Positions 26,001-40,200 are shown, counted from the stretch's first letter. The stretch: 64,000 bases of DNA from Saccostrea echinata (GCF_033153115.1 NW_026889803.1:43338001-43402000); one strand, 5' to 3'. The notes: generated by a model from the letters alone, not told the origin. Numbers and translations: made by a program.

Positions 26001-27116
26001 ATTCGTGTTATCATTCCCCAGGACCTTCGTTCGCGTGTCCTAGAGGAACTTCATGAAGGACACCCGGGGATTGTCAAGATGAAAACTGTGGCTCGAAGTT
26101 TGGTATGGTGGCCAGGTATCGACAAAGACTTAGAAACACTGGTGAAACGCTGCAAGGATTGCCAGGAAAACCGACCCATGCCACCAGAAGCACCTGTTCA
26201 TCCGTGGGAATGGCCCCAACGTGCATGGCAAAGGATACACGTAGACTTCGCCGGCCCGTTCCAAGGAAACATGTTTTTCGTCGTAGTCGATGCATTCTCA
26301 AAATGGCCCGAAGTTGTCCAGATGTCGACAACAACTGCAGACCGCACAGTGGATGTACTGCGTAGGATATTTTCAAGGAACGGTCTACCAGATCAACTAG
26401 TCTCGGACAACGGACCGCAGTTTGTCTCAGAAACCTTCCAAGACTTCATGAAGTACAACGGAATTCGTCATACTACGTCAGCTCCGTATCATCCGAGAAC
26501 AAATGGGCTAGCAGAGAGACTAGTCCAGACGCTGAAACAGTCAATGCGTGCTTCGAAAGTGGAAGAAACTTCCATCACTAATCGTCTTGCCAACTTCCTA
26601 CTCACATACAGAAGTTCGCCGCATTCAACAACAGGGGAAACACCGGCTAAGCTTTTCTTAGGACGTGAACTATGTACAAGACTCACACGACTGAAGCCGA
26701 ATGTTCGCAACACAGTGGAAGCTAAACAAGAGAGCATGCATTACCGCACATCCGAACCCGTTCGACAGTTCAATACCGGTGACAAGGTTGCTGTGCGTGA
26801 CTATCGCAGCAATAATGAGAAATGGGTGTCAGGGAAAATAGACTCAAAAACAGGACCTCTTTCGTACAAAGTGGAAATTACACCAGGGACAACATGGCGG
26901 CGTCGTACAGACCAGATAAGATCTGCAGATTTCACCAACTCTGCAGATACATTGATACATGATGATACATTGGCGGCCAAAACATCAGACCCTACCAAGA
27001 AACAATCACCAGAACTGACCCCTATACCGACATATGCACCCGCAGCAACTTCCGTGTCCGAAAAACGCTATCCAACCCGCACCACTCGAAATGTTCTGCC
27101 AAAACGTTACCAGTAG
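23077..27116 (+). pseudogene. Gypsy gag-pol polyprotein, disrupted
   Basis: Gag with CX2CX3HX4C and CX2CX4HX4C knuckles, protease LDTGS, RT (NMDD), RNase H (TDASPYGLGAV), integrase (VDFAGP, SDNG, GLAER). Frameshifts near 24110, 24600 and 25400, TAA stops near 24780 and 25526, and a 128-bp tandem duplication at 25841-26096. Confidence 0.92.
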
Positions 27117-27426
27117 TAATAATAGACTGACAATTTTTTTTTATATGCATGCAGTGTTTGATTATTAAAAACTGTTATGTTTTGTGATTTTTTATGTTAC
27201 ATGTAACCAAGTAGTGCAAAAAAAAATGTTCACCTTTTTTTTATTCTTCTTGAAATGTGAATTTAGATTGTTCACAAGTCTAGTCAAAGTCTAGTCATGA
27301 ATGTATTAAGTCAATATGCAGATGTCCATTAATATTGATATTCCTTCTACTAGTCAAAATTTGATTTTTTTTTTATTAATCATTGAAGTATGAACTATGT
27401 GTCCATCACATTTAAAGGGGGAGGAA

Positions 27427-27557
27427 TGTAGTATTCCGGAATTCTGTAGACTTGTACCTTTTGGTTTTAAATGTTACTCAGGTACTTCCGTAATAAATAG
27501 TTTGTAACCGCATGGAGCTGTGTTATAAATCTCATTTATTCGAGTGAATACACAACA
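27427..27557 (+). repeat. 3' LTR
   Basis: Identical to the 5' LTR. Confidence 0.95.
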
Positions 27558-27886
27558 GTAACCACATACCATCCTGTCCTTAAGGAACTCAACGATGTTC
27601 TTAAAAAGAACCTCCCAATTCTTTACTCAAACAAAAGAACGGCTGAGGTCTTTAAGAAACCTCCATTGGCGGCCTATAGGCGCCCAAGGAACTTGAAGGA
27701 TATGGTAGTAAGAACCAGATTAGACAACCCATTACCCAACGGGGGTTTTAAAACTTGTTCTGACAGAAAATGTCTTCTCTGTAAGCACAGCTCTGACACA
27801 GACAGTTTTAACAGCCCGGTATCAGGCCGCAGCTACAGAATATTAGGGAACTTGTCCTGTCAAACAGATAACTGCGTATATCTCAT

Positions 27887-28877
27887 TATTCTCTTTAGAG
27901 AAGTGGACAAGCTTTCGCCTACATCCACTTCTCTTCGCAAGCCTTCATGTTTTGATTCTGGAAAACGTGTAAATCTCGAAGCGGTGACGGTCTACACTTC
28001 AACTGACATTTCGTCTAAAATACGTCTGAATGTACGTAATAGACGTGTTATATTAACAATTTTAACATAAATACACACAATTGTCACAAGAAAACTGACC
28101 TTTAAGTATTGTTAATCCAATTTCACAAGTTCTCCATCCCGGATTTAAATTATGTGCAAGTAACTCTTGAAGTATTCAAAAATCTCTAATTCGGATAAAA
28201 ATGGAAACTATTTTTACAAAATAATAATGAAACAAGAGAAATCGTCTACTCTGTTTAAATTAACGAGACAGTATTTCCTCAAGTTTTGTTCAAATTCTTT
28301 TGATCTTTATTCTAAATCTTTTTTTCAGTTCTCGGGAGAGGTAGAGTTAATATCGTTTAAAAATAAAAGAAAATATTTTTTAGTATTGTCAGTGAGGAAG
28401 TAATGAAGTATTTTTTAAGCTCAAATTTACATCTAGATTGTATTTAAATAGTAAAAATAAGTATAGGTAATAATATTAATTTTGAATAATATGCTAAATC
28501 AAAAGTGAATTGTCAAAAACTTTTTTTGAACATTAAAATACGTCTTCACCAATTTTTCCAAATTATCCGACTTAAAATTTTCAATTTTTTCTAATAAGCT
28601 GTGGTAGATAAACATTAGTTTAAATCCGGGATGGAGAACTTGTGAAAATGGATTAACAATACCTAAAGGTCAGTTTTCTTGTGATAATTGTGTGTATTTA
28701 TGTTAAAATTGTTAATATAACACGTCTATTACGTACATTCAGACGTATTTTAGTAAAATATCAGTTGAAGTGTAGACCGTCACCGCTTCGAGATTTACGT
28801 TTTCCAGAATCAAAACATGAAGCTTGCGAAGAGAAGTGGATGTAGGCGAAAGCCTGTCCACTTCTCTAAAGAGAATA
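27887..28877. mobile_element. Foldback MITE with ~260-bp TIRs and 9-bp TSD (Mutator-like)
   Basis: 27887-28150 is the reverse complement of 28618-28877; TSD ATATCTCAT at 27878-27886 and 28878-28886. Confidence 0.92.
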
Positions 28878-29492
28878 ATATCTCATCAGCTGCAAAGTTT
28901 GTCAAAAGCAGTATGTGGGTGAAACAGGAGATCTCCGCAGAAAAATCAATAATCACCGCTCGACCATCAAGATCAAGAAAATCGACGAACCTTTCCACCC
29001 CGAAGGTCACAAATGGGAGGACATGACAGTAGTGGTTATTGACCATAATCCAAGATGGACAGACGCTCAGAGACAAAGCAAGGAAAAGTTCTGGATGCAC
29101 AGATTGAAGTCATTCCGCCCTAATGGCATTAACAAAATAAATAACTTCACCAGGATGAACGTGAACTAGATCAAATTCCTGATTGTGACAAACAAGAACA
29201 TTCTCTCCATTTATTATATACCCAACAGTGTATCACTCAATTTTACTGTAGATTTTGTACAATCACGTGACGGTGTGATCCGACTTTCCGGATCACCACA
29301 CTATGGTTTTCTGAATCCATATCAGCCCTCTCTGAAATTGATGACTTAGTACACAGAAACATGACGTTATTTTTCTTGCGCATCAAAAAGTCCCTTGACA
29401 GAATGCTTTGTTTAATGGAAAAATATTAAATAATTGATCTCAGAAGTTTTTAAAACTATATCTTGTTAGTTGTAAGGGGTATATAATAAATT

Positions 29493-29662
29493 TATTATTA
29501 TAACAGTAACTTGATCCGAAGAGCCGTATCACGTCTCTTTGACAGGCGCGGATCATCAGATCAAACTCGACGCTTCGCGTCTCGTTTGATCTGATGATCC
29601 GCGACTGTCAACTCGACGTGATACGACTCTTCGGACTGTTATAAGTTACTGTTATAATAATA
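29493..29662. repeat. 170-bp near-perfect palindrome (hairpin MITE)
   Basis: TATTATTATAACAGTAACTT..TCCGAAGAG.CGTATCACGTC..CGCGGATCATCAGATCAAAC..GACGC-TTC-GCGTC, then the mirrored arm. Confidence 0.85.
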
Positions 29663-31245
29663 TATATATAGTGTTAACTTTACAGTGAATTCGTATTATC
29701 AATTCCGGAAAGACCCACACACATATGTTTTGCTTACATTTTTGTTTATTATTTCTTTTATCCGATAAACAGTCCTCAAAACCTTTCCAAATTTATAATA
29801 GATCCAAATTCATATTTTAAAATTTCCCTTCTATATTATCTTTCTTTGTTTTTTTTTTATCATGAATGTTTATGCTATTTTGAAGGCATAAGACAGTGCA
29901 AGTTCAAGTTCAATTTATTCACCCAAACCAAAATATTGGTACATGGGGTTCATTAATAACATAATTATATACATTATATACAATCTGGTCAGAGGTACAT
30001 ATACAAAACAAAAAAACATGACAAATGATTGAAAAAGAAAATAAATAAATAAGAGAGGGGAAAATATATCAAGGAGAACATCATAAATTTTTAAAATAAA
30101 CATACATAGTTTTTTCAGCATTTTTCGTTTTTGGTTGACTTTAGTTCCATGAATTTAATAACATTAGGTCTGTGGGAATAATAATTGCCCAGGTAATTTT
30201 TTCTTACATTAGCTAAAGTTTTACATTCTAAGATATAATGAAATTCATCAGCAGTTTGATTATTATTACAAAATGTACAGATTCCATCACACAGTGGTAT
30301 ACCATACCATACAAAATTCTGTAAATCTGTCCTTTTGAAGAATTATTTACGTCACAAGACCACTTTTGAATAATTGTTCTTGTAATATTTGTTTTACAGT
30401 AGCAGTTATCCATTTATAATTCATATTGACACCCTGTTCGTACCATACATTTGACAAATCACACATATTACATATTTTCTGTTTACAATCTAACCATGGG
30501 TTTGTTAATTTTCCATCACAGTACAGTTTAAACATATGTTTGTATAAAACATTTACAATTTATTTGGCGGGCCTGAAAAAAGCTTTGCCCAGTATGAAAT
30601 CATTCTACAATATACCGAAATATACAGAGGAAAACGACCTGTTTCACCATAGACGATGTACGATGGCGTGGAACTTTTCAAATTAAATACATACTTTATA
30701 AACTTCAAGTGCAAACGCTCAATAATATCAAGGTTTTCATAGCCCCATATTTCAGAGCCATATACCGGTAGTAAGACCGGAACTACAACTCTATCAAAAA
30801 GGTCAAATTGACAGTCCACTGGTAGTTGGAATTGTCTAATTTTTCTTATAATGCCATACATCGCTTTTTGTGCTTGTTCATATAAGTGTTTTTTGTTTTA
30901 CAAAAGGAACCTGTGCGTGAAAAAACAACGCCTATTTAAACTCTCTAGTATTTTCAATAACTAAGTTTTCTTTTTAACATAGGACCCTTTGAAAATACTA
31001 GAATCTTCGTTTTTTCGACATTCACTTTCAACTTCCATTGTAAACAATATGTCTGAAATTTATTGATTGCATGTTGTAATTCATCGGCTGATTCAGCCAT
31101 AATAACAGTGTCATCCGCATAAAAGAGAATCAACAATTCATAATACATTAGTAATTCGTTCTCAATGGTTCTTGAAATACTTTGTATAAGCCTGCAATAT
31201 TCTTGTTTAGTAAAAAATCTTCAAGATCATTAATATACATTGAAA

Positions 31246-31250
<5 letters not shown>

Positions 31251-31283
<33 letters not shown>

Positions 31284-32619
31284 CACATTGGCTTAGCAAA
31301 AGCACAAATCAGTTCAGTATTGAAAAGATTACCGGGAGGGGGGGGGGGCTTGTCAATATAACAAATGGCTTTGTTGTACTTGAGAAGATTTAAAAAAAAA
31401 AATTTCCCATATATTCCTTTGTAAAAATTTGATCCCCCATTGTGGCTCCTCCCTATCCCAGGGGTCATGATTTGAACAAACTTGAATCTACACTACCTGA
31501 GGATGCCTCCATATCAATATGACTAAACATAGCTTTTCTTTTCTTGAGAAGAAATAGTTTTTCTATATGTTCTTATGCAAAATTTTTGATCCCGCATTGT
31601 GGCTCCTCCCTATCCTAGGGGTCATGATTTGAACAAACTTGAATCTACAATACCTGAGGATGCTTCCATTTCAAAATGACTAATCATGGCTTTGCAGTTC
31701 TTCAGAAGATATTTTCCTATATATTTCTATTTAAGACTTTGATCCTCCATTGTGGCCCCACTCTATCCCCGGGGTCATGATTTGAACAAAATAGAATCTA
31801 CACTACCTGAGGATGCTTCCATATAAATATGACTCATCATGGTTTTTCTGTTCTTGAGAAGAAGATTTTTAAAGGTTTTTCCTATATATTTCTATGTAAA
31901 ACTTTGATCCTCCATTGTGGCCCCGCCCTACTCCCGGGGGTCAAAAATAGAATCTACACTACCTGAGGATGCTTCCATATAAATATGACTTATCATGGCT
32001 TTGCTGTTCTTGAGAAGAAGACTTTTAAAAGTTTTTCCTATATATTTTCTATGTAAAACTTTGATCCTCCATTGTGGCCCCGCCCTACCCCCAGGGGTCA
32101 TGATTTGAATAAAATTGAACTTGCACTACCTGAGGATGCTTCCATATAAATATGACTCATCATGGCTTTTCTGTTCTTGAGAAGAAGATTTTTGAAGGTT
32201 TTTCCCATATATTTCTATGTAAAACTTTGATCCTCCATTGTGGCCCCGCCCTACACCCGGGGGTCATGATTTGAACAAACTTGAATTTGCACTATTTGAA
32301 GATGCTTCCATACAAATATGACTCAAACTGGCTTTTGCTGTTCTTGAGAAGAAGATTTTTAAAGATTTTTCCTATATATTACTATGTAAAACTTTGATCC
32401 TCCATTGTGGCCCCGCCCTACCCCCGGGGGTCATGATTTGGACAAATTTGAATCTACAGTACCTGAGGATGCTTCCACATGAATTTTATCTTTCCTGGCC
32501 CTCTGGTTCTTGAGAAGAAGATTTTTAAGATGCTATTAATTTTTCAGTAATTCTTTATTATCTCCCCTTGAAAAGGGCGTGGCCCCTCATTTGAACAAAC
32601 TTGAATCGCCTTCACCCAC

Positions 32620-32652
<33 letters not shown>

Positions 32653-32756
32653 CAGTAGTTTTGGAGAAGAAGTTGAAATTGTGAAAAGTTTACAACGACA
32701 ACAATAACGCCGCCGACGACAACGACGACAACGACGACAGACAACGGACAAATTTC

Positions 32757-32798
<42 letters not shown>
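31251..32798 (-). mobile_element. Non-autonomous Helentron (HINE) carrying a Cg170-type satellite array
   Basis: On the - strand it begins TTAGCTCACCTGAGCCGAAGGCTCAAGTGAGC, has a (GTC)n microsatellite and tandem core repeats, and ends CTCAGGTGAGCGATGTGGCCCATGGGCCTCTTG. Inserted in a T-run within the LINE RT with no TSD. Confidence 0.9.
31430..32530. repeat. About 7 tandem copies of a 153-167-bp satellite monomer (Cg170/HindIII-like)
   Basis: GATCC.CCATTGTGGC...GGGGTCATGATTTGAACAAA...ACCTGAGGATGCTTCCA recurs at ~31431, 31588, 31741, 31906, 32063, 32229 and 32396. Confidence 0.9.
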
Positions 32799-32801
<3 letters not shown>

Positions 32802-33330
32802 GGTGAAAGATTTTCTCCCTGTCTTACTCGTACATTACAACTAAAAAATTCTGTGGACATGCCATTTATTTTCACCATAGATTTAACACCTTTGTACATA
32901 TTTTGAATATATTGAAAACATTTACCATTTATACCATGAAAATGTAACTTGGTCCAAAGCCCATTCCGCCATACAGTATCAAATGCCTGTTTAAAGTCAA
33001 CAAAGGCGCAAAATTACGATGGCCGACAGCGGCCGCCACTTTTGAATAGAAATATTGTCATTTTGTACAGCGCTTTTGTCAATTTTTGTTGACAAGTTAC
33101 AACTCAACTAGTAATGCAATATGTACATGTACAATTCTTACACTGACAAAGTTCACCTGCGAAAAACATTAAAATTCTTTCGTGGGATATGAAATAAAAC
33201 AGGTGACTTGAAAGAGATAATGTTCTATCAGTTCTTCGATAATATAGCAAAGGAAGTGAATTTCACACTTAATTAGTCTGGAGCTAGATTCTGTTTACGT
33301 CAAAAGTGCACCGCATTGTATGAAGAAATA

Positions 33331-34181
33331 ATGACCGATACAAGTAAGTAAAAATAATCCTTTTACAAAAATTGTGAAGTTACCAATGATTTTAATGCAT
33401 TTGCATTAATGTTCGTGAGACTAAACTTAGTACAATATTATACAAAAAAAATTTCAGCAAATGATTAAATATTTGTATCGTGTTTCTTTTTTTTTTCACG
33501 TATGCAGATAGTTTGTTACTAGAATACGCCGCCAAAAATATGAGCCACAAAGAAATTTCATTGGTGATGATCAAGGAGCATAATATACATTTGAGGTAAA
33601 TGATATTCTCTATGTAACTTACATCTGCTGTTATTTATTTATAATAATAATAGTAATTATTTTTTTTGTTGCTGAAATTGGTTTGAGCTTGAACATTGTT
33701 TGTTATCTCCATATAATTTTGATTTGAACATATTTTATTGTATAATTAATGCAAAAGGAATTGGTAACAATTTCTTACAACTTAGAAAATTCTTTCCCTG
33801 TAATATATACAACAATTATAATTATAGTGATTGTAGAACCTACAAAATATTTCAAAGACACTTAAAGGTTCAACATTAACAAGTCTATAATGATGCATGT
33901 ATATGAATACACAATGACAACAATGCTTGCCAAAAATAAATAAATAAATAACAGTAATAATAAACATGATAAACAAACATAATTTAAACAAAATCACCCA
34001 TTGAATGGAATGAGGGTGTACATACTCAAGCATAGAAATTAAGAAGAGACATCAGCATGAATATATATGTAAATCGCATGACTTGCACGTATATATATGT
34101 AGCATACATGTCTGCGCTTCGTGAAATATGGCTACATAACAGATATGTGTAATTTAGATCTACACACCAAACCCAAAATAA

Positions 34182-34216
<35 letters not shown>

Positions 34217-37200
34217 CAGAATTTGCCTTAAATGTGTACACATACCTGCATAAATTCGATTCGTACATATGAATAATAATATTTTAAGAATCTCCATGTA
34301 CAATAATGTATGCTTAAACATTTTCTTTAATGATTTATTCGTTTTACTAATGTCATTATGCATTATGTTCAAAGCTCTAACGCGGTGGGGAAGCGTTTGC
34401 TACGGTGTGATTATCCACCAAGGCGAGGATCAACAGGGTACAGTGATGCAAAACTGGAACGTAAAATAAAGGTATTTTTCATTTACATGTATAATGTTCC
34501 CATAAATTATTAAGAATTTTTTTTATGATACATTTACCTAAAATATTGGATTAATATCATACGATATATTTTATTTAAAGTGACAGTGTGACGGACAAAC
34601 GGGAAAATTGACAACAGTAGAATTTTTGCGTGACACATGCAAATTTTGTTCAGTTCTTGAAAATATTAGGTTTCAGAAAATTACAGGTTTCAGAACCTAA
34701 AAAATCTAATTTAATGGAGAAAAATAAGAGTAAAAAAAATCTTGGTATAACCCATCACAAAAATATTGCTTCATGTCTTCCTCTTTATTGTACGCATGCG
34801 CTGAAAAGTTGAAGAATTTACCATGGTTTCAATATTCCATAGATATAAATGTCGGATGACTGAGAATTTTGATACAATCTTCAAAAAAGATGATCATAAC
34901 TTATTCCTTACAGTGTACTTCTGCTTGCCCGAATTCAATGTTGTTTACAAGTTTCACGCTAAAAATAAAGGACGCGTGACCTTGTTGACATTGACGATAA
35001 AAACAAAGCGATAGATACAACATTTGTTTTTCCGGCACTTATATTTTGCAGTTTTTTTTCTTGCTTTACAGTGGAGTTGAGTTGTCAAAACTTCGCTATA
35101 TTCATATTTCACAGAAATCTTTTGTTTTGTGATACAATTTTCTTAAAAGAAAAACATCGTTTTGACTCATTATGCAACTTTAATGGCAATATCCCATACT
35201 TTTTACGATACATGCAGTTTTCATGGATTGTCTCCCATCTATTATCGTAGGAGCGGCCCATCTTTTTGTAGTTGTGTTAGGAATTGAGGCGTTATTTCTT
35301 TTTTCATTGCCTCGATGAAATAATTCTTTATTGATAACAAACATAGAAGTCATGAATAAAGGTTTTTGAAATTCGCTTTATACTTTGTCTTAATGGTTGT
35401 TATTAAGTTTTAATTTGTTTTCTTTTTCATCGAATATTCATTAATTTATGATTTTATAAAAAGTTGTTGCATGAACTGCTCCACAAGATGGGCATGCATA
35501 AGATATAGAAACAAAACGTAGTTAGTTTCCGGATATGAATTACAGTACCTGAAATAACTAATAAATTGTAAAAGTTTTTAAGAAGAAGTGAATTTTGTTT
35601 TGAATACATCTATTGCAGTTGCAAATGACACCCCGATTTTTGGACATTTCACATATATTTTAGAACATCGGCATCATCACATGACAAAGCTCCACGATAT
35701 CAGTACGTGGAGTTTGTATTTCCTTTTTTGTCAGCAATTCAGACAGTATGTCATTATAGATATGTTTTGCATTTGTATTTGAGTCAAATAATTTTATGAT
35801 CATACTATCCTTTTTTTATATCCATGAATTCATTTACTTTGTTTGATCAGACTGAAAATTGAAGTATAAGAAATTATATTTACATTTCCAATGTCTTTGT
35901 CCGAGATAAAATTACGAATTGTAAAAATACTTTATTTCTACATAAATCTACTGGTTCATCGATAGGCGCGGTTAAAAAAAAATCACGTGCGGGGCGGGAC
36001 AAATAGAGACAGAAGCGGGGCTAATAGCACGGGAATTTGCAGAATCAGGAGCATGTAAATATAAGGAATAACTGTCAGATTTTTTGGATTCATGACGATG
36101 ATCAATCGATTGGCTTGCGTGATAATTTTATGCATAAACGCCTTGGGCGCTTTTTGCAAATTATTGCCCAAGCCACTCGATTGATCACATCATGAATCCA
36201 AAAAATAAGACAGTTATTCCTTAAGCACAGAAAAAGTAAAGCAATGGAACAATTTTCAAAAGAAATGTACCATGTATTTTTTAANNNNNNNNNNNNNNNN
36301 NNNNNNNNNNNNNNNNNNNNNNNNNNNNNNNNNNNNNNNNNNNNNNNNNNNNNNNNNNNNNNNNNNNNNNNNNNNNNNNNNNNNNNNNNNNNNNNNNNNN
36401 NNNNNNNNNNNNNNNNNNNNNNNNNNNNNAATATCACATTGATTATATCTACTTGCATTTCAATTTACAGGACATGCTACAATCTTCGCCACCGACAGTT
36501 GGCTATAGACATATGACAGACAAGCTCAGACATCTAAATATACCAGTTCGCAGGTACATTATTTTTTTGTAAAGTCATAATGATTTTATAGCATTTATAT
36601 TTTAGTCAATTAGTCAAGAAGCAAAACTTTACTTCAAAAAGTTTAAACTTGTTTTCTAGCTTCCCTCTTAAACATCAATACAAGAAGAATCATTTAGACT
36701 CGAGTTATGACGTCTTTTCTGACTTTATTGTATGATTGTATTATAGAACTTATAAATAACTATGTTTTAGTCATTTAAAGTTGGCATTGATGTAAAACGG
36801 TGTACAAACGTTCATCATTTAGTGAACCCCCATTTTTTTTTTATTAAGGGGAGGGGCTTGCAGATTGTGGAAATAAATATTTTTCCTCCAAAATGTTGAA
36901 AATAAATTTTCTGTCCTAGACTGGCGATATGTCCTCGGCTAGAGTTTCGGTTTGGCATGAAAATACATGTAAATAATCTGACTCGAAAAAGAATTGCCAC
37001 CGGGCCCTTTCAGAATCAACTAGTCGTCCCCTTAAGTTTTCTATAATGCCTTTAACAGTTGCCACATTATGCATAGTTAAATATTTTTATGCAATCAAGT
37101 CCACTTTAAAATTTTATCTTATTTCAGAGATAAAGTAATGGAAATTATGAGACGAATTGACCCACTCGGTGTTGATTTTCGAAGACGCCGTCGCATCAAA

Positions 37201-40200
37201 CGAAAAATATATTATTCACAGGGTCCAAATTATATATTGCATGTTGATGGGTAAGATGATATGTCAGGTCATGTAAAACTGATTAATATCGAAAAGATTA
37301 AATTCCAAATCTCCTTCCGCGTCGGGGAAAATTTTTCATCCCTTGGAGACTAACATAATCAATGTTGCCCTCAACTCCAGTCAACTTTTGCAAAATGATC
37401 ATCGCCCATTCCATCCCCCAACCCCCACCCCTATATGTTATTTCTCTCAACTAAGGGATTCCTTGACCTTTCATTTTCTGTCATCCCTTCATTCTAATTT
37501 AAATATATTGAGCTCGAATACTGTTTGTTATCTCCACATATTTCATTCAAAGAAAGCTCACAACCATTGTAATGTCACTTTTTCAGTTTATAAATAGAAT
37601 GAGTTTTAAATGAAGAAATGCTCAAGAAATCAAGAATATCTTTTGTTTAAAATCAATTATTTGCACACTTACAGATATGACAAATTAAAACCGTTTGGAT
37701 TTCCTATTCATGGATGCATAGATGGGTAAGTCAAATTTTGATTTAATTAACTTGTTCAATGACTTTTGTCAAGGACCTGTGCACAGCAGGCACTTCATTT
37801 CTCTTCCTGACCTTAAAATATACTTCAGTAATAGATTTCATTATATACCAGTGGGCCAATTTCAAGCTAACTTCCCACCAGAATCCTTTGGTGAAGAGAA
37901 TTCAAGTTTGTTCAAATAAAAGGATAATAAGGACTTAGTTTAAATTTCATGGCACCTTACAAAAATCTTCTCAAGAGTAACTGAACCAGAAAATATGAAA
38001 CTTACATTGAAATTTCCTGACTTAGTGTAGACTCAAGTTTGTTCAAATTGTGACTCACGGGGTAGGATAGGGCCCCCCATGGGCCATCAGATGTTTACAT
38101 AGGAGTATATAGGAAACAAAACATTTAAAATTCTTCTAGTCAAGAACAGGAACGCCATTGTAAGTCATTTTATATGTAAACACCCGCAGGTAGTGAGTAT
38201 AGATCCCAGTTTGTTTAAATCATGCTCCCCTGTGGGTAGCATGGGGCAAGAATGTGCGATGAAAATGTCTACATAGAACTATAGGGGGAAATCACTGAAA
38301 ATAATTTTCTCATAAACAGCAAAGCCATGACTAGTCATATTATATGAAAGCATTTTAAGATAGTGTAGATTTAAATTTGTTCAAATCATGACCCCCAGGA
38401 ATAAGGTGGGGCCACAATGGGCGATCAAATGTTTACATAAAGTATAAAGGAAACACCTTTAAAAGTTTTTCTCAAGAAACAGCGAAGCCCAGGTCAGTCA
38501 TATTTATATAGAATCATCCTCAGGTAGTGTAATATGGGAAAAAATCTGCTGGTGAAAAAATAGCAGGGCCATAGTGGTTCAGGTAAGCATTGTGGCCCAT
38601 TGGCCTCTTGTATGAGAGTTATATGGTTGTTTTTCAAGATGATACGTTATTAAAATGATAGTGAAGGTGGAGGTATACCTTGTGGAAGTGTTCTTTGATA
38701 GCGATGTCTGAAACTCGCCAGTGCTGTAATCATCTTTTCCAATTACAAATACCTAGGTTTTCACGACGAATTATGTGGCTTGAAGTAGGGCCTTCTAACA
38801 ATGATCCAGAGATAGTGGCCTGCAATTTTGTCCAAACTGTAGCGGCTTTGAGAGGTATCAAATAATATTACAAACTTTCTATTCAGTTTCTGTACTTGCA
38901 ATCATGCATATATTCTGTATGAAAATTCATTATTATATAACATGTATAATAGGATGCCCAAGAATACTACAAAGTGACCCGGGAACAGAAAACATAACCA
39001 TGGGTGCTCTTCAGTGTTTGTATCGAAATCCAGAACAAGATCAGTCCACGGCAAGAGACTGTTATCGAGTTACCAGATCAGTTTTCAATCAGGTGCGTGA
39101 TTGGTCAACTATGTTGTACGTCATTGTAAAGCTTTGATCATTTCTTTATGTCCATTGTCAGAAACAAAATTCACACAGTCTATATCACATTAAACCACTC
39201 GTCCATTTCATACCAAAAAAAAAAAAAAAAAAAAGAAAAATTCAACCTGGATACCTATGATGTAAGCACCATGCACACCATATGGAATTTGATGTAGTAC
39301 TACAGTCTGTCGAGATAGAAGACAATCTAGAATTACTTAGACTGTGCATCCTGGTAGAATTTTATCTCCTTCGAGTGACCTGTCTTATGTACATGTGTGT
39401 TTTATAAGAAAGGATTTTGATGGATTTCTCCTGTGGAAATTGTCTGTCTAATATCGTGGGATATACAAAAAAAATAAGGAAAAAAAGAACTAAATCCGAA
39501 GTCTCAATAGAGCAATCCGAAGTAACTGTCAAACAGAAGTAAATCGAATATCCAAGAAATTCACGTACATTATTTTCACAGAGAATTGAGGCATGGTGGA
39601 GCATGATGCGCCGGCATGAAATGGAATGGTGGATATCTTTTTTCAAGGAATTGGAGACTGATGGTTTCTTTCGTAAAGATGTGATAAATGATGTGTAAGA
39701 ATTGGCAAATAATATTCTTTATGCTCATTGACTTAAACATATACGGAATAATAATGTTGAGAAGAGTTTATATAGTAAATGCTCTACATAATTATGTTTC
39801 CAGGTATTCATTGCGATTTTGCTTTATGCCAGTTCTACAAAACGTCCTGGATGCGGTAAAAGAACAATGGAACAATCACCCAATAGCATACAACAGACAC
39901 TCTGCTTGTCCACATGGTCGTCCAAATGTACTTTATATACTGCCAGAGGAAAAGGGTACTACACTTAATGCTTGAAGTTCATGCATAAAATAACCTCTTC
40001 TAAAAGAGGGCTTTTCCCTGCCTTTAATGTGAAAGAAATGCACATAAATTAGGTAAAAAAAATGCTATCAAGTCACTTCCCTCGACATTCACAATGAAAA
40101 TTTAAAAAAAAATGCAGTTGAAATTCTAAAACACAGTGAAAGCGGATAGGGTATGTGCTTGTTAATTAAATATCAAACCGTCCCAATTCTTTACCTTTTC

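Larger units (their letters stand above)
22931..27557 (+). mobile_element. Ty3/Gypsy LTR retrotransposon (Mag-like), full length
   Basis: Identical 131-bp TG..CA LTRs, 5-bp TSD GTAAC, PBS TGGCGACGAGGATGG (23066-23080, complementary to the tRNA-Ser(GCU) 3' end), PPT AAAGGGGGAGGAA (27414-27426), domain order gag-PR-RT-RH-IN. Confidence 0.97.
22040..29169 (+). mobile_element. Penelope-like retroelement (RT + GIY-YIG), 5'-truncated, frameshifted and interrupted twice
   Basis: [56 protein letters not shown]. After removing the insertions: PLVTTYHP and CVYLISCKVCQKQYVGETGDLRRKINNHRS...KEKFWMHRLKSFRPNGIN. Confidence 0.9.
29899..33014 (-). mobile_element. Decayed LINE, 3' portion (RTE-X/L2-like RT)
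   Basis: FCAFVDFKQAFDTVWR, GENLSP-FLFSMYIND, LFYADDTVIMA, SSTPSYIVYGETGRFPL; 3' tail AATAAA(TTGAAC)n at ~29900. Confidence 0.88.

Noticed and set aside
34370-36284. Missing transposase exon or an extra cargo gene
   Set aside because: No phase-compatible exon with convincing protein similarity was found; the short ORFs are low-complexity, and the exon may lie in the N-gap.
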